DNA of 64,000 nt from the IMG/VR virus record IMGVR_UViG_3300045596_000094, positions 160,001 through 224,000 of that record. One strand, given 5' to 3'. This document shows, one piece after another, positions 38,638 through 48,866 of the stretch. This DNA is from a virus (taxonomy: Duplodnaviria; Caudoviricetes). The notes beneath the pieces are model-generated. The model saw only the letters and a list, made by a program, of their open reading frames with translations. It had not been told where the DNA came from and did not search any database. The first letter of the stretch is position 1, and each line of letters starts with the position of its first letter. The position numbers were made by a program, and so were the translations under genes.

Positions 38638-38787
38638 TATCTAAGAATAGTTCCTCATTATATATTCAAATCTGTAAAAAAATACACATACTAGGTTTAC
38701 CGAGGGATTTATGAGGGAAACAGTAAATATAAACATAACACTCTATAGGGTCGAAACCCTATAGAAGTGATTTATGCTGTCAAATTA

Positions 38788-40236
38788 CTATTTAGGAATC
38801 TGTCGATACCAGATTACACCCTCAGTGCCAGCAGAACCCTGGTTACCATCAGTAACGCCACCAAGCCCAGCATTACCAATCTGAAGGACAATGTTGATTA
38901 GACCCGCAGTGTCGTTGCGAATGATACCGTAACAAACAGCACCACCCCCACCACCTCCACCGAAACCCTGTCCGTCATCACCAATACCAGCAGCGCCTTT
39001 ACCACCAATCCCGTATGGGGATAAGTCAGGAACATATGCGGGCAAAGCTGGGGAAACAACCCCTGCCGAACCACCCGCATTGTTTTTGGTTGCGTTGTCT
39101 GAAAAACCACTTGACCCATTGGCAAAGCGATAGGTTTCAGAAACAACCCCTGCTGGTAGTTGCGAAACATCTGCGTTAATAATGGCACCTGAACCGGCAC
39201 CACCGTTGATGAATGATAAATCGGCATTCCATTCACCAACAACCCCACCTTGTGCTGAGATATACGTGGCGATTTCGGCATTACTCACAGTAACCACACT
39301 TTCTTCTGCAGGTTGTCCGTTCTGTAAAGGATCTGCAACCCCACCACTGTTTTGAGAACCACCGCCACCACCTCCAGCTGTACATACAACGAACTCTAAG
39401 CGACCAGCTGGAGCAAGTGAGAGCATCTGGTAGACAGGACCTTCCACTACAGTTTCTTGAATAAAGTAATCATCCCAATCTACGTCCTGTGAGCCGTACC
39501 ATCTCGTTTGCCAGAATTTATCAACATACTTACCAAATGATCCGATAGTGTTCGCCACGGAACTACCGCGAGGTGTTGCTGATAATCGATACAAACCTAA
39601 ACGTGAAAACGGAACAGCCGTAATTGATGTAACGTTTGTAGCACCGCATTGAATAATTGCGAATAACGTACGGGCCAAGGTTTCATCGACTGGAACATTT
39701 CTTACTTCAAAAGCAACATTGGTTCCCGAAGGAATGGCGTACATGTAAATCTTACTATTTGCAGGATTAGCAACATACGTTGTGATATCCACTGTAGCCG
39801 CTTTAATCGTTCCTACAACACCGCCAATCAAAACTGGTATATCTGTAGTGAATCTAATTTTAAAGCTTGTAGAGGGCTTCTCAAGCGTGTCTATGGGTAA
39901 GGCGTTCAGGGTTCTCTCCCCGACATACGAGATACTCAGTTTATCGTGGCGGACACCTAATTTATCCCACCATGGCTCATCGAGCCCTAAAGAACCCGGG
40001 GAACCATCGTCAATAACACCAGCACCCACAGTAATGTAATCTTTAAGACCCGTTACCTTGAGTTTGTTTTTGTAATAGGTAGACAGAACCGAAATGCGTT
40101 CTTTGTACACACCGTAACCGGTGGTGACATTTGTAGCGTCGGGCTGACCTACCAGAAAAAGATCATCTCCAGTAACCGTACTTTCTACAGGAGACATTTT
40201 CGAATAACGAATTGTAAGGTTCGTTGGCATCTTCAT
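38788..40236 (-). CDS. Tail fibre / baseplate-associated protein with glycine-rich C-terminal domain
   Basis: Shares the PF.RLG.YRL....RG module with its neighbours; GGGGGG and GG.G..G repeats. Confidence 0.7.
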   Translation of the reverse strand: MKMPTNLTIRYSKMSPVESTVTGDDLFLVGQPDATNVTTGYGVYKERISVLSTYYKNKLKVTGLKDYITVGAGVIDDGSPGSLGLDEPWWDKLGVRHDKLSISYVGERTLNALPIDTLEKPSTSFKIRFTTDIPVLIGGVVGTIKAATVDITTYVANPANSKIYMYAIPSGTNVAFEVRNVPVDETLARTLFAIIQCGATNVTSITAVPFSRLGLYRLSATPRGSSVANTIGSFGKYVDKFWQTRWYGSQDVDWDDYFIQETVVEGPVYQMLSLAPAGRLEFVVCTAGGGGGGSQNSGGVADPLQNGQPAEESVVTVSNAEIATYISAQGGVVGEWNADLSFINGGAGSGAIINADVSQLPAGVVSETYRFANGSSGFSDNATKNNAGGSAGVVSPALPAYVPDLSPYGIGGKGAAGIGDDGQGFGGGGGGGAVCYGIIRNDTAGLINIVLQIGNAGLGGVTDGNQGSAGTEGVIWYRQIPK

Positions 40237-40282
40237 TGTCCTAATGTTTGATGGGGTTTTTTACACCCCACCTTTGTAAATG

Positions 40283-43200
40283 TTAAGAACCCATTTTCAA
40301 GAACGGACCTCGAATGTGGAGGTCACCCCATACCACATGGACCGTATTCCATCCTTCACGAACAAGAGCATCTCGATTGACGACATTACTACTTTGCCCT
40401 TTCCCTTTCCATATCTCAGTTCCATTTAAATATCCTCGAGCACCATTGGTACCGCCAGAGATATAGATTTGGAAATAAGATCCATAGCGGGAAATCGCCA
40501 ATTCTTTATCTTGAATAAAGAAAGTGCCATCCTGAGTAATGTAAACAATCTCAGCCGCCCTATCGAAACGAACGTTACCTGTCCATTTCGTCGGATCAAT
40601 GCCTGCTGAAATAGCTGCAATATCTTCCGATTCCCCAGGGAAACCAGGGGTCACCAGAATAGCTGAACCCACAGCTTCAAGAGATGTTCGTTTCGATTCC
40701 CATCGGGTAACAGGTTCTAACGTCATCTCAGTAATCTCGGTATCACTTGTTACAATACGCCCTAGATAAATACGATCGGCAGTATCCACCTGCGGGGTGA
40801 GTGAGATATCAAGTAAAGCGGTTGTACTATTTGCTGGAGCGTAAATCGCGATATGGAAGACACTGTTTCGCGCATCCGGTTTCACTGTGCGTAAATCAAA
40901 CGTTTGAATTGGTAATGTCTTAGTTGTACCGCGTACGTATACCGTGATTGGTGACGAAACCGTTAAGTTAAATCCAGCAGCAGGGCGTGCAGAACCTAGG
41001 AATATAACTGACCGAGTACTGTCGACAGCACCCCTTTCAGTCAATGGAACAAATGCGTAAAAACACCCGATACCATAACCGGAGTCAATAAACCCAAATC
41101 CGTGTTTTGAATGCCAAGTTGCAGGTTGAGTTACATTCGCAGTTTGATACCCAACAGTGGTTTGCCACGTGATTGCATTTGATGCATTAATATTAAGCAC
41201 ATGAGAACACCAACCATTATAGTTACCGTCCGCATCAGTACTCATATAGTCACCGGCACGGAAATTCACCACCCAAGAACCATCTGTTTTGATATGGCAA
41301 TACCCACCAAATCGTTCATTCTGATTACTTGCATTACGGGCATACCACTGACCGCCGTAGGGTACGCCCGCAGTATCAAGAGCATTGACATCAACGGAAT
41401 TAATAGTGGCGGTATTGTCCGCGGGATCTACTGTAACGTTACATGGTAAAGCGCCCATCCAAATAGTGCAACGCCATTCCCGCCCCGAAGGGTTATTGGT
41501 TGTAGGTTCCCCTATACGGTAGTGGGGGATAATAATCTTGACGATAGCTTTTTGTACACCAACCCCAGGGTAAGGTGCAATAAGTGTCCAGTTCCAGGTA
41601 TCTGATTTATTGACATAATCTTCAGGATACGGTAAAGTATTCCATAGATTCTCCATTGCGGTGTATACTTCAGGGGCACAATAGTAATTTCCTTTAGCCA
41701 CACCGTCAGAATCCCATCCCCATTTGCGTTTACCATTATTGGCATCCCCCTGGTTATGGTGAAAATACCCTGTATGGTAATAGGGCACATTGTCTTTCAC
41801 AACGACAAATGGCCCACCTTCCTTCCCACCTAGTGATGTTCTTTCATTATTTAACTCATAACCTGGATAACTTTTAACGGCAGTTAAATCTCCCCCCGTA
41901 TACATGGTAAACGTTTTAGCTGTTTCTGACCCAATTAATCGGTTCCGTACAACGTTGTACGAAGCTATTAATGCATTGGTCGGGCGATCTACTGTAAAAA
42001 GATTATCGTAAACAATATAGCCGGTACCGGTTGGTTTAGTCGGTGTCGGTGTACCGGCATCCCTATAGTTAGCAGTACCCCAGTTATTCACCCCACGGAA
42101 ATTGTCATCTAGCGTTCCACTAAGGGGGTCATGCTCTCCTTTTGATTTATAGGTGTAGGTTAGATAACCAACATCTGACCCGCCAGGAGTTAAATGGATT
42201 AAACGAGTACCATCACCTAAAAGTTGTGGGATATGCCCCCCAGACCAATAATGCCCACCGTTGTATTCGATCGTCCCCTTACTGTCAATTACAAGGTATC
42301 GATCTTTATTAACAGATATATCCCAACGTCGTCCAGAATTACCAGGTGCAGGAACACACGTGCGAGCAACTGGATCGATCAAGTAGAAAAATAAGGGTTT
42401 GATTGCTACAGAGTTTCGAGCAGTCGCCGATTTATAATGATACGTCGTAGCAATAATTTTACCGTCAGCAGTAACTCCACTAAAGCTAATAAAGTTACCT
42501 GGACTAACACCATTGTAACCGGGGAATATACTCACACCATCCACAACTTTGACCCAGGCATCTTTATCGTTTGGATCAACAGTGGTAAGCGCCTTATGTA
42601 AAATGAAGAGATTGTCTGAACGTGTCTGTACCCCACCCTCACAATTGGTACAGTTTGTGGAAGCAAATGGTAAGATTGCTGCGGTATCTACACTATCTAA
42701 CGATATCTCCGCCATTTTAAAAGCAACTGCGGAATTATCACTTCCTTCCCCGGATGGCGCAAGCATAGCTGCAACATAGATCTTCCCATTCACAACTGCT
42801 GCTGTTAGACCATAGGCGTGTAGTGCGATTAATCTAGCTGAAGAATACCCGGTAGATTGTCCGAGTAGGCGAGTAAAAATTTTGTCACCTAAACGAACAA
42901 CTCGATGGAATTTGGAAACCATAGTACCATTAAGAATAACAATACCATGCTCTTTAAACCCACTCCCGCTGTAGATATCAACCAACATTGCTGTTTCTGA
43001 ACAAGGATATACTGAGCGAATATATTCGCCCGCCGATAAACCGGGTGGGGTGTACGGCACATCGGTATATTGAATAGTTCTTGCAGGCATGTCCTGGTAG
43101 CTTTTCCATAAAGCGTACACCGGACGAATCTCTTCACCATTAGTAACGTGATGTAATAACCGGAGATCCCCATTACCTTCCACGAAACCCGTACTGTGAC

Positions 43201-43606
43201 AAGGTAAAGAGCCGTAAGGATAACTTACCGAGAAGTAAGAACCGGAAATAGAAAGAACAAAGTCACTAGGATCACCAACCTGAGAAATAGGGAAGTTACC
43301 CGCAGGGATATAGCGTTTATTCATCCAATCTTTATCAATTCGAATAGGGTCAGCTGAAGTCCCAGCCCCAATTATTCCACCACCTTCCTTGAATATTCCA
43401 AATTGACCAATTCCGTCTACACGGATATCGTTATAGAAATATTTCTGAATGGCAGCTAAAGTTTTATCTTTAGAGTCGAAACCCCATGGCGAAGTTGCCC
43501 CCACCGTAGATGGGGTCGATACACCGATGAGATCTGAGAGTTTCACAGCAGCAATTGGTGCGCCATTTTTGGAGAACATCTTGCTGTATTGATATTTATA
43601 AGCCAT
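40283..43606 (-). CDS. Tail fibre / receptor-binding protein
   Basis: 1107 aa, beta-rich; shares G.GT..DP.R, SQVG and C-terminal module with 43616..46588. Confidence 0.75.
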   Translation of the reverse strand: MAYKYQYSKMFSKNGAPIAAVKLSDLIGVSTPSTVGATSPWGFDSKDKTLAAIQKYFYNDIRVDGIGQFGIFKEGGGIIGAGTSADPIRIDKDWMNKRYIPAGNFPISQVGDPSDFVLSISGSYFSVSYPYGSLPCHSTGFVEGNGDLRLLHHVTNGEEIRPVYALWKSYQDMPARTIQYTDVPYTPPGLSAGEYIRSVYPCSETAMLVDIYSGSGFKEHGIVILNGTMVSKFHRVVRLGDKIFTRLLGQSTGYSSARLIALHAYGLTAAVVNGKIYVAAMLAPSGEGSDNSAVAFKMAEISLDSVDTAAILPFASTNCTNCEGGVQTRSDNLFILHKALTTVDPNDKDAWVKVVDGVSIFPGYNGVSPGNFISFSGVTADGKIIATTYHYKSATARNSVAIKPLFFYLIDPVARTCVPAPGNSGRRWDISVNKDRYLVIDSKGTIEYNGGHYWSGGHIPQLLGDGTRLIHLTPGGSDVGYLTYTYKSKGEHDPLSGTLDDNFRGVNNWGTANYRDAGTPTPTKPTGTGYIVYDNLFTVDRPTNALIASYNVVRNRLIGSETAKTFTMYTGGDLTAVKSYPGYELNNERTSLGGKEGGPFVVVKDNVPYYHTGYFHHNQGDANNGKRKWGWDSDGVAKGNYYCAPEVYTAMENLWNTLPYPEDYVNKSDTWNWTLIAPYPGVGVQKAIVKIIIPHYRIGEPTTNNPSGREWRCTIWMGALPCNVTVDPADNTATINSVDVNALDTAGVPYGGQWYARNASNQNERFGGYCHIKTDGSWVVNFRAGDYMSTDADGNYNGWCSHVLNINASNAITWQTTVGYQTANVTQPATWHSKHGFGFIDSGYGIGCFYAFVPLTERGAVDSTRSVIFLGSARPAAGFNLTVSSPITVYVRGTTKTLPIQTFDLRTVKPDARNSVFHIAIYAPANSTTALLDISLTPQVDTADRIYLGRIVTSDTEITEMTLEPVTRWESKRTSLEAVGSAILVTPGFPGESEDIAAISAGIDPTKWTGNVRFDRAAEIVYITQDGTFFIQDKELAISRYGSYFQIYISGGTNGARGYLNGTEIWKGKGQSSNVVNRDALVREGWNTVHVVWGDLHIRGPFLKMGS

Positions 43607-43615
43607 GAGTTTACC

Positions 43616-46588
43616 TTAATCCCATAATGTAAATTGTTCAATGTCTGGTCGAGGGGCTGTAACCGGTATAGATGCTCCTCGTTTGCGTGTATTCAAACGA
43701 TACACTCCTAAACGCATGAAAGGTACAGCATCAACAGTAATTGCGTTAGTGGCGTTTGTACGCACGATAACAGCAATCATAGTGTAATCTGGACGTTCCG
43801 CAGAACCCGCAGTTAATGCCGTTAGGTAAGGTTCCCCTAAACGGATACCGCAATATAAATAAAATTTAGAAGTGAGTTGCCCAGATTGATCTGCCGGTAG
43901 CTCTACCGTTTGCGGTGGTATAAATGTATTTATACCTGCCAAGAATATCGGGATATTCTCAGTAACTGCAACAGACCCAGCGGAAGCTGCCAGAGGTGCC
44001 GCTAGTAACATCGGCTCGCTAGCAGATCTCATTGCAATCATTGGACTAATTCCTTCAATATCGACGGGTTCCGACATTTGGAGAATTTTCAACCAACTAT
44101 CCTTAGTTGTAAAACTGACACCATTTACTTTATCAAGATAATAAGTTACAATGCCGAAGTTTGAACTATAGGGGGTATTTAAGATTTCGGCTTCAGAACC
44201 AAAACCAAAACGATAAATACCGTCGCTGTATTTATCCCACCCGTAACTGTACTGCGCGAGGCCAGAGTAAAAGATTGCGATCTTACCAGAAGAAGCTTCT
44301 GCAAAAACACTCACATTCGCAGTATCCGGTTGTTCAAGATCAGGTGTTACCTCGCCATTGTAAGTTTCAATAGAGGTAACTACAGAACCTTTAATTACTG
44401 CACCTAGGGTATAATCGTTATCGCCTTTGATACATTCGGTGATTAAATGAATCTTAATACACCCCACACCAATCGCACCAACTAACGACATACGAACAAA
44501 AGCCTTCCACTGCTTACCGTCAAAGAAAGGTACAACATGGAAGTTACCTTTATTTAGATAATCGTAGTTCTGATTTAACCACTCATTGATGCTACGAAAT
44601 TCCACATAGGTGTCTAATTCGTTGATAATAAGATTTTGTTTACCTGTTAAAGATCCGGTGAAATCCAACTCAACACGTTGTTGTTTGAAACGCTTACCAA
44701 TCTCTGAACGGAGTTCTTCCAATGTGAACGACATTAAACTAAAGCGAGTCGTACACGTGGTATTATCGTATCCTGAAAGGCTATTGAAAATCTCACCCGA
44801 ACTACAACTGTAGACTGTGGAATAACTACTTAAGTTTACACCATCGATATAACGCTGCTCAGTGAATCGTTCAAGATCTAGACTATAACCTTGAACCACA
44901 TCCCCTTTAGCGTTGATGTATTTGTACGTCGGTGTATCGTCAGTAGCAATGTTCAATCCACCTAATTTATACCCACCTACCTCGGTACCTGAGATAAATA
45001 CCATAGTCTGTCCATCACGTAGCTCACCGCATAACGGGATACCTGTTTGATTCGGAGCAATGGTGGCTTTATCATCACTCACGGTACGGATAGTGCATTC
45101 GGCTAGACTGTTTCCATTACTGTCACGCATTGTGACAATTGAGTTGCCCGCTGAAGTTGTCGGTGTAGTAATAGTGAAATTACATTCGCAACGTGTTTCA
45201 ATTGCGCCAGTAGCACCATTCCAATTGCTTTCCTTTGTAACTGGAACAACCATCGAGTAGCTACCATTATTGTAAACTAATTGAGGTTTACCGTCCGAAA
45301 CTGACTTCACCGTTTTATTGACTAAATCAACAACATACTCAAACGCATAGTTAACAATGAACTGTTGTCTAGAACCTGTAGATCTCCGAACATAGAAGTA
45401 AGCTGTACGCGATAGTTTTAAACCGATAGAACCATCATCGTACTGAAATACATCTAAGAACCGATCGAGTGATTGGCCAGATAAATCTAGCGCCTTGAAT
45501 TCTAAATTCTCAGCTTTTACAATACTAAGGTCTAATTCAGAACCAGCTACCCCGTATAATCCACCTGACAATACCACCGCAGAAATGTTATCTAACGTTG
45601 TGCCTTGGAATTGCGATTTAAAACCGGTTATTGGAAGTAAGCTTAGTTTCCCATCAACACCATTCAATCCTTTTAACTTATAAATTAATAAAGATAAACG
45701 ACGATCTGGTTTATCACCGAAGCTCGTGTCAAGGGGAGAGATATCAAAACGGGTGATAAAAACTTCCCCATTCGATTCAAATGCCGTATATTTGAATTTA
45801 GCTTCTATTACCTCAGCATCTAACCCCTTAGCAACATGTTTTGCATATAGGTTGTTCTCTTCCAAAAAGTAAGCGTGATGGTACGCGCCATCCAAACTTC
45901 CGTCAGTCACGACTACGGCTAATTCATCTTTACTGCGGTCACCACTATAGTGTTTTAATTTGATAACTAATAATGTTTTAGATGAAGAGAAGATCTGACT
46001 TACCGTGTAGTCTGATGGATTATATCCTTCAGGTAAGTTAGGGATATATTTATCTTCGGTCGCAGTATACGTAACAACATCATTACCTTCAATGATACCC
46101 GAACCGTAGTTATACGTCGTGTCAAACCCATTAGTGACTGGAACTAAAGTATTGAACCCACCATCTACAGTTGGCGATGCAAATGCAGCGCGCGCTAAAC
46201 CATCAATAGGATAACTGAAGCCTGTAGCACCAGATCCAATTGGTAGAGTTGCTCGAGATAAATTCCCAACCTGTGATACGTTAGTTAGTGCGGCGATAGC
46301 GTAGTTTTCCGACATCCACGGCATGTTTGCTCTTAAAGGATCGCTAGTGCCACCAGTACCTGTTAGACCACCGGCTGGATCCACTGTTCCTAGTTCGGAA
46401 GTAATTCCTGATGTTTTCAAATCTGCCATGATAGTTGTATAAACCATCTGGATAGTTGTGTTTACTGTTTTATATCCAGCTAACCCCTGTGCCCATGGTT
46501 GAGCAATCAGAATAAGGTCAGCATCTTTTAACGCCCCAGCAGCAGGTTGCTGGGAAAACGGTTGTGTGTTCTTATCTAAACCAGCCAT
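43616..46588 (-). CDS. Tail fibre / receptor-binding protein
   Basis: 990 aa; C-terminal PFMRLGVYRL...RGASIPVT typical of phiKZ-like tail-fibre paralogs. Confidence 0.75.
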   Translation of the reverse strand: MAGLDKNTQPFSQQPAAGALKDADLILIAQPWAQGLAGYKTVNTTIQMVYTTIMADLKTSGITSELGTVDPAGGLTGTGGTSDPLRANMPWMSENYAIAALTNVSQVGNLSRATLPIGSGATGFSYPIDGLARAAFASPTVDGGFNTLVPVTNGFDTTYNYGSGIIEGNDVVTYTATEDKYIPNLPEGYNPSDYTVSQIFSSSKTLLVIKLKHYSGDRSKDELAVVVTDGSLDGAYHHAYFLEENNLYAKHVAKGLDAEVIEAKFKYTAFESNGEVFITRFDISPLDTSFGDKPDRRLSLLIYKLKGLNGVDGKLSLLPITGFKSQFQGTTLDNISAVVLSGGLYGVAGSELDLSIVKAENLEFKALDLSGQSLDRFLDVFQYDDGSIGLKLSRTAYFYVRRSTGSRQQFIVNYAFEYVVDLVNKTVKSVSDGKPQLVYNNGSYSMVVPVTKESNWNGATGAIETRCECNFTITTPTTSAGNSIVTMRDSNGNSLAECTIRTVSDDKATIAPNQTGIPLCGELRDGQTMVFISGTEVGGYKLGGLNIATDDTPTYKYINAKGDVVQGYSLDLERFTEQRYIDGVNLSSYSTVYSCSSGEIFNSLSGYDNTTCTTRFSLMSFTLEELRSEIGKRFKQQRVELDFTGSLTGKQNLIINELDTYVEFRSINEWLNQNYDYLNKGNFHVVPFFDGKQWKAFVRMSLVGAIGVGCIKIHLITECIKGDNDYTLGAVIKGSVVTSIETYNGEVTPDLEQPDTANVSVFAEASSGKIAIFYSGLAQYSYGWDKYSDGIYRFGFGSEAEILNTPYSSNFGIVTYYLDKVNGVSFTTKDSWLKILQMSEPVDIEGISPMIAMRSASEPMLLAAPLAASAGSVAVTENIPIFLAGINTFIPPQTVELPADQSGQLTSKFYLYCGIRLGEPYLTALTAGSAERPDYTMIAVIVRTNATNAITVDAVPFMRLGVYRLNTRKRGASIPVTAPRPDIEQFTLWD

Positions 46589-46642
46589 AATCGTTGTCTC
46601 AAAATAAGCAATTCATAGGATATCGAAGCGACGGCATAACTC

Positions 46643-46670
46643 CAGTAGATGGGAAATACCCCATCTACTG
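46643..46670. terminator. Terminator hairpin
   Basis: CAGTAGATGGG / CCCATCTACTG, with TTATGCC downstream on the minus strand. Confidence 0.7.
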
Positions 46671-46678
46671 ATGTTTGG

Positions 46679-46963
46679 TTATACCAATTTATTGTTCAAG
46701 AAGTTAATCTTTAAACCGTTATCTAAAGTGACTTCACCAGAGAAAGTTTTGTTAGCGACTTCCCAATGTGCCGGGGATTCCACTAGAATTGTATCGTCTG
46801 ATTCATCTGCAAGATCGCCCGCGTCTACTGCGCGAATCGTATCACCCTCAATCGCATATGAAGCATCGATTTCACCTAAACCTGTACATGGGCACCAACC
46901 AGGGTTAATGCCTAAAGCCTGAGCCATTTCATGCGGGATTTTAATTTGATCCGCTTTTGTCAT
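46679..46963 (-). CDS. Hypothetical protein
   Basis: 94 aa, acidic. Confidence 0.65.
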   Translation of the reverse strand: MTKADQIKIPHEMAQALGINPGWCPCTGLGEIDASYAIEGDTIRAVDAGDLADESDDTILVESPAHWEVANKTFSGEVTLDNGLKINFLNNKLV

Positions 46964-47366
46964 CTTCGGTAGTTCCTTCGTCTGTCACAACACCCACAGG
47001 GTCAGACTCCGATTCCACAATTGGTTCTTCAATTGTATCACGACCTGAAATATCGATGCGCATAATTTTTTGTGGTTGTTTTCCAACTTCTGTTGGAAAG
47101 TATTGAATGTCAATTACATTCATACGTTTAATAAGTGTAAACTGTAATGTACCTAACCCGTTATTTGTAGCGAGCAGTGCTGCTAAAGTCAAATCCCCCA
47201 TAACGGATGTAGACTTTACTGAGTCAATAGTAAACATTCCAGCTGCATTTAGATTTTCATCTAAGGTTACTAAATCTTCCTGAGTTAGTTCAAGCGTATC
47301 TAGTAATGCAAATAAATTTCTTGAGATGACCGTATCTGGGATCAACTCTCGGTTTTTGCTAAACAT
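46941..47366 (-). CDS. Hypothetical protein
   Basis: GGAG RBS before MFSKNR. Confidence 0.7.
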   Translation of the reverse strand: MFSKNRELIPDTVISRNLFALLDTLELTQEDLVTLDENLNAAGMFTIDSVKSTSVMGDLTLAALLATNNGLGTLQFTLIKRMNVIDIQYFPTEVGKQPQKIMRIDISGRDTIEEPIVESESDPVGVVTDEGTTEDDKSGSN

Positions 47367-47439
47367 CAGATTTCTCCAATTTACGTCATAGATATAGTGA
47401 TTGCATAAACGAGTGTGGGGTAAACCCACACTCAATCTA

Positions 47440-47973
47440 TTATGCTTCCACTAATTCCTTAACCGTTTTAGTTTTAGCAGATGCGAGGGTGTAGCTCTTC
47501 AGATACTTTTCAGTAATCTCCAGATGACGACTACCCAAACTATTACCCCAGTCGTATTTCGGTTGACGGGGTGTTGCTACAAAAGAATCCTGATAAGAAG
47601 CAACATCAAAAGGAACTTCTATTGTAATAGCCCCACCAGGCAACCCTTCAATAACAACCAAAGCCGAAGCTGCAGTAGGCGTCCCGAATTGTTCTGGCTC
47701 TTCACCAACCTTACCATTCTTACGCCACTGATTCCAATACGGGAGTTCAGGACGAACGTAATTGAAACGTAGTGATGCTTGAACGAAAGGTGCGTTTGGT
47801 GCGTAATCTACGTCTTCACGTAGATAAACTGCGAAGTGTTTCTTCGCAGTAATGTTGGCTTGCATTTCTTCTTTTAAAGACTGGATTAAAGGGAGAACTG
47901 CTTCGCCATAAATCTTTTCAATGATCTTAGTAGCGTTATACGTTACTAGGTTCACATGGGTTTGTGTTGCCAT
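47440..47973 (-). CDS. Hypothetical protein
   Basis: 177 aa. Confidence 0.75.
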   Translation of the reverse strand: MATQTHVNLVTYNATKIIEKIYGEAVLPLIQSLKEEMQANITAKKHFAVYLREDVDYAPNAPFVQASLRFNYVRPELPYWNQWRKNGKVGEEPEQFGTPTAASALVVIEGLPGGAITIEVPFDVASYQDSFVATPRQPKYDWGNSLGSRHLEITEKYLKSYTLASAKTKTVKELVEA

Positions 47974-48748
47974 GATCCGTACCTTCAGTTTCTGTAGACT
48001 TGTCTATAGGATTTGCCTTAGCATTTTGTTTTACGCTAGGCAACATAGACTCACCCTTTAACCAATGTAATTTCAAACGTTCTGGTGAAATTTCTTGCCA
48101 ACGCCAAATCGCATTAATAGCGACATTACCCGCTTTCACACGCACACAAGGAACAGTGGTTGCAACATTAATTACTTTTGTTGGATCTTTCGGATTGATC
48201 ACTTGGTGATTTAAACACTCGTACCAACCATAGATAGTTTCACGATTAGTTTGCGCTTTAATAGCGATGCGTTCACCTTTGAAGATACGTTCAACAGGAA
48301 GAGCATCATAACGCCAATTCGGATCTTTATCGGTTTCTGGTTCGCGTTCAGCCAACGCTTCACGAGGGATAGCAGAGAAGTTATTGCGGATACCGATAAT
48401 GCCATTTTGCAAAATAAATTCCACAACATTATCTAGATTACGTTCTTGCAAAACATGGTATTCGAAATTCTCAACAAACTCATGTGTGTGCGCTACCGTT
48501 TTGATGTGCGCGTTTCGTAACGGAGCCAGTAAATTGACGATAGCGGTTTTACGCCCTTCTTCATCTAGCTCCTCACTTTTCATGATGTTGATCATGCCAT
48601 CAGTTACAACGTTCCAAGCAGCACCCAAACACTGCATTACAAAATCCGCGTTAGAAACCGGCGGGAAATAATCTTTTTGTTCTTCTGATACGTTTGGAAT
48701 TTCTTTAAAATCAGCGTCTACGATTTCTTGAGCTTTAGGGTCTAACAT
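47936..48748 (-). CDS. Hypothetical protein
   Basis: AAGGA RBS before MLDPKAQ; the longer start at 48835 would run through a terminator. Confidence 0.75.
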   Translation of the reverse strand: MLDPKAQEIVDADFKEIPNVSEEQKDYFPPVSNADFVMQCLGAAWNVVTDGMINIMKSEELDEEGRKTAIVNLLAPLRNAHIKTVAHTHEFVENFEYHVLQERNLDNVVEFILQNGIIGIRNNFSAIPREALAEREPETDKDPNWRYDALPVERIFKGERIAIKAQTNRETIYGWYECLNHQVINPKDPTKVINVATTVPCVRVKAGNVAINAIWRWQEISPERLKLHWLKGESMLPSVKQNAKANPIDKSTETEGTDHGNTNPCEPSNV

Positions 48749-48801
48749 GAGAGAGGTTTCCTTATTAATCGAGTTTAAACCATAGTAATACATGGCAATA
48801 C

Positions 48802-48866
48802 AAAAAAAAAATAGATAGAACAATATTGACCACATCGCCGAAGCGATGGGTCAAATTGGTTTGTTC
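48802..48866 (-). terminator. Intrinsic terminator
   Basis: GACC-CATCGC-UUCG-GCGATG-U-GGTC stem extended by GAACAA/TTGTTC, then a T10 tract. Confidence 0.8.
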
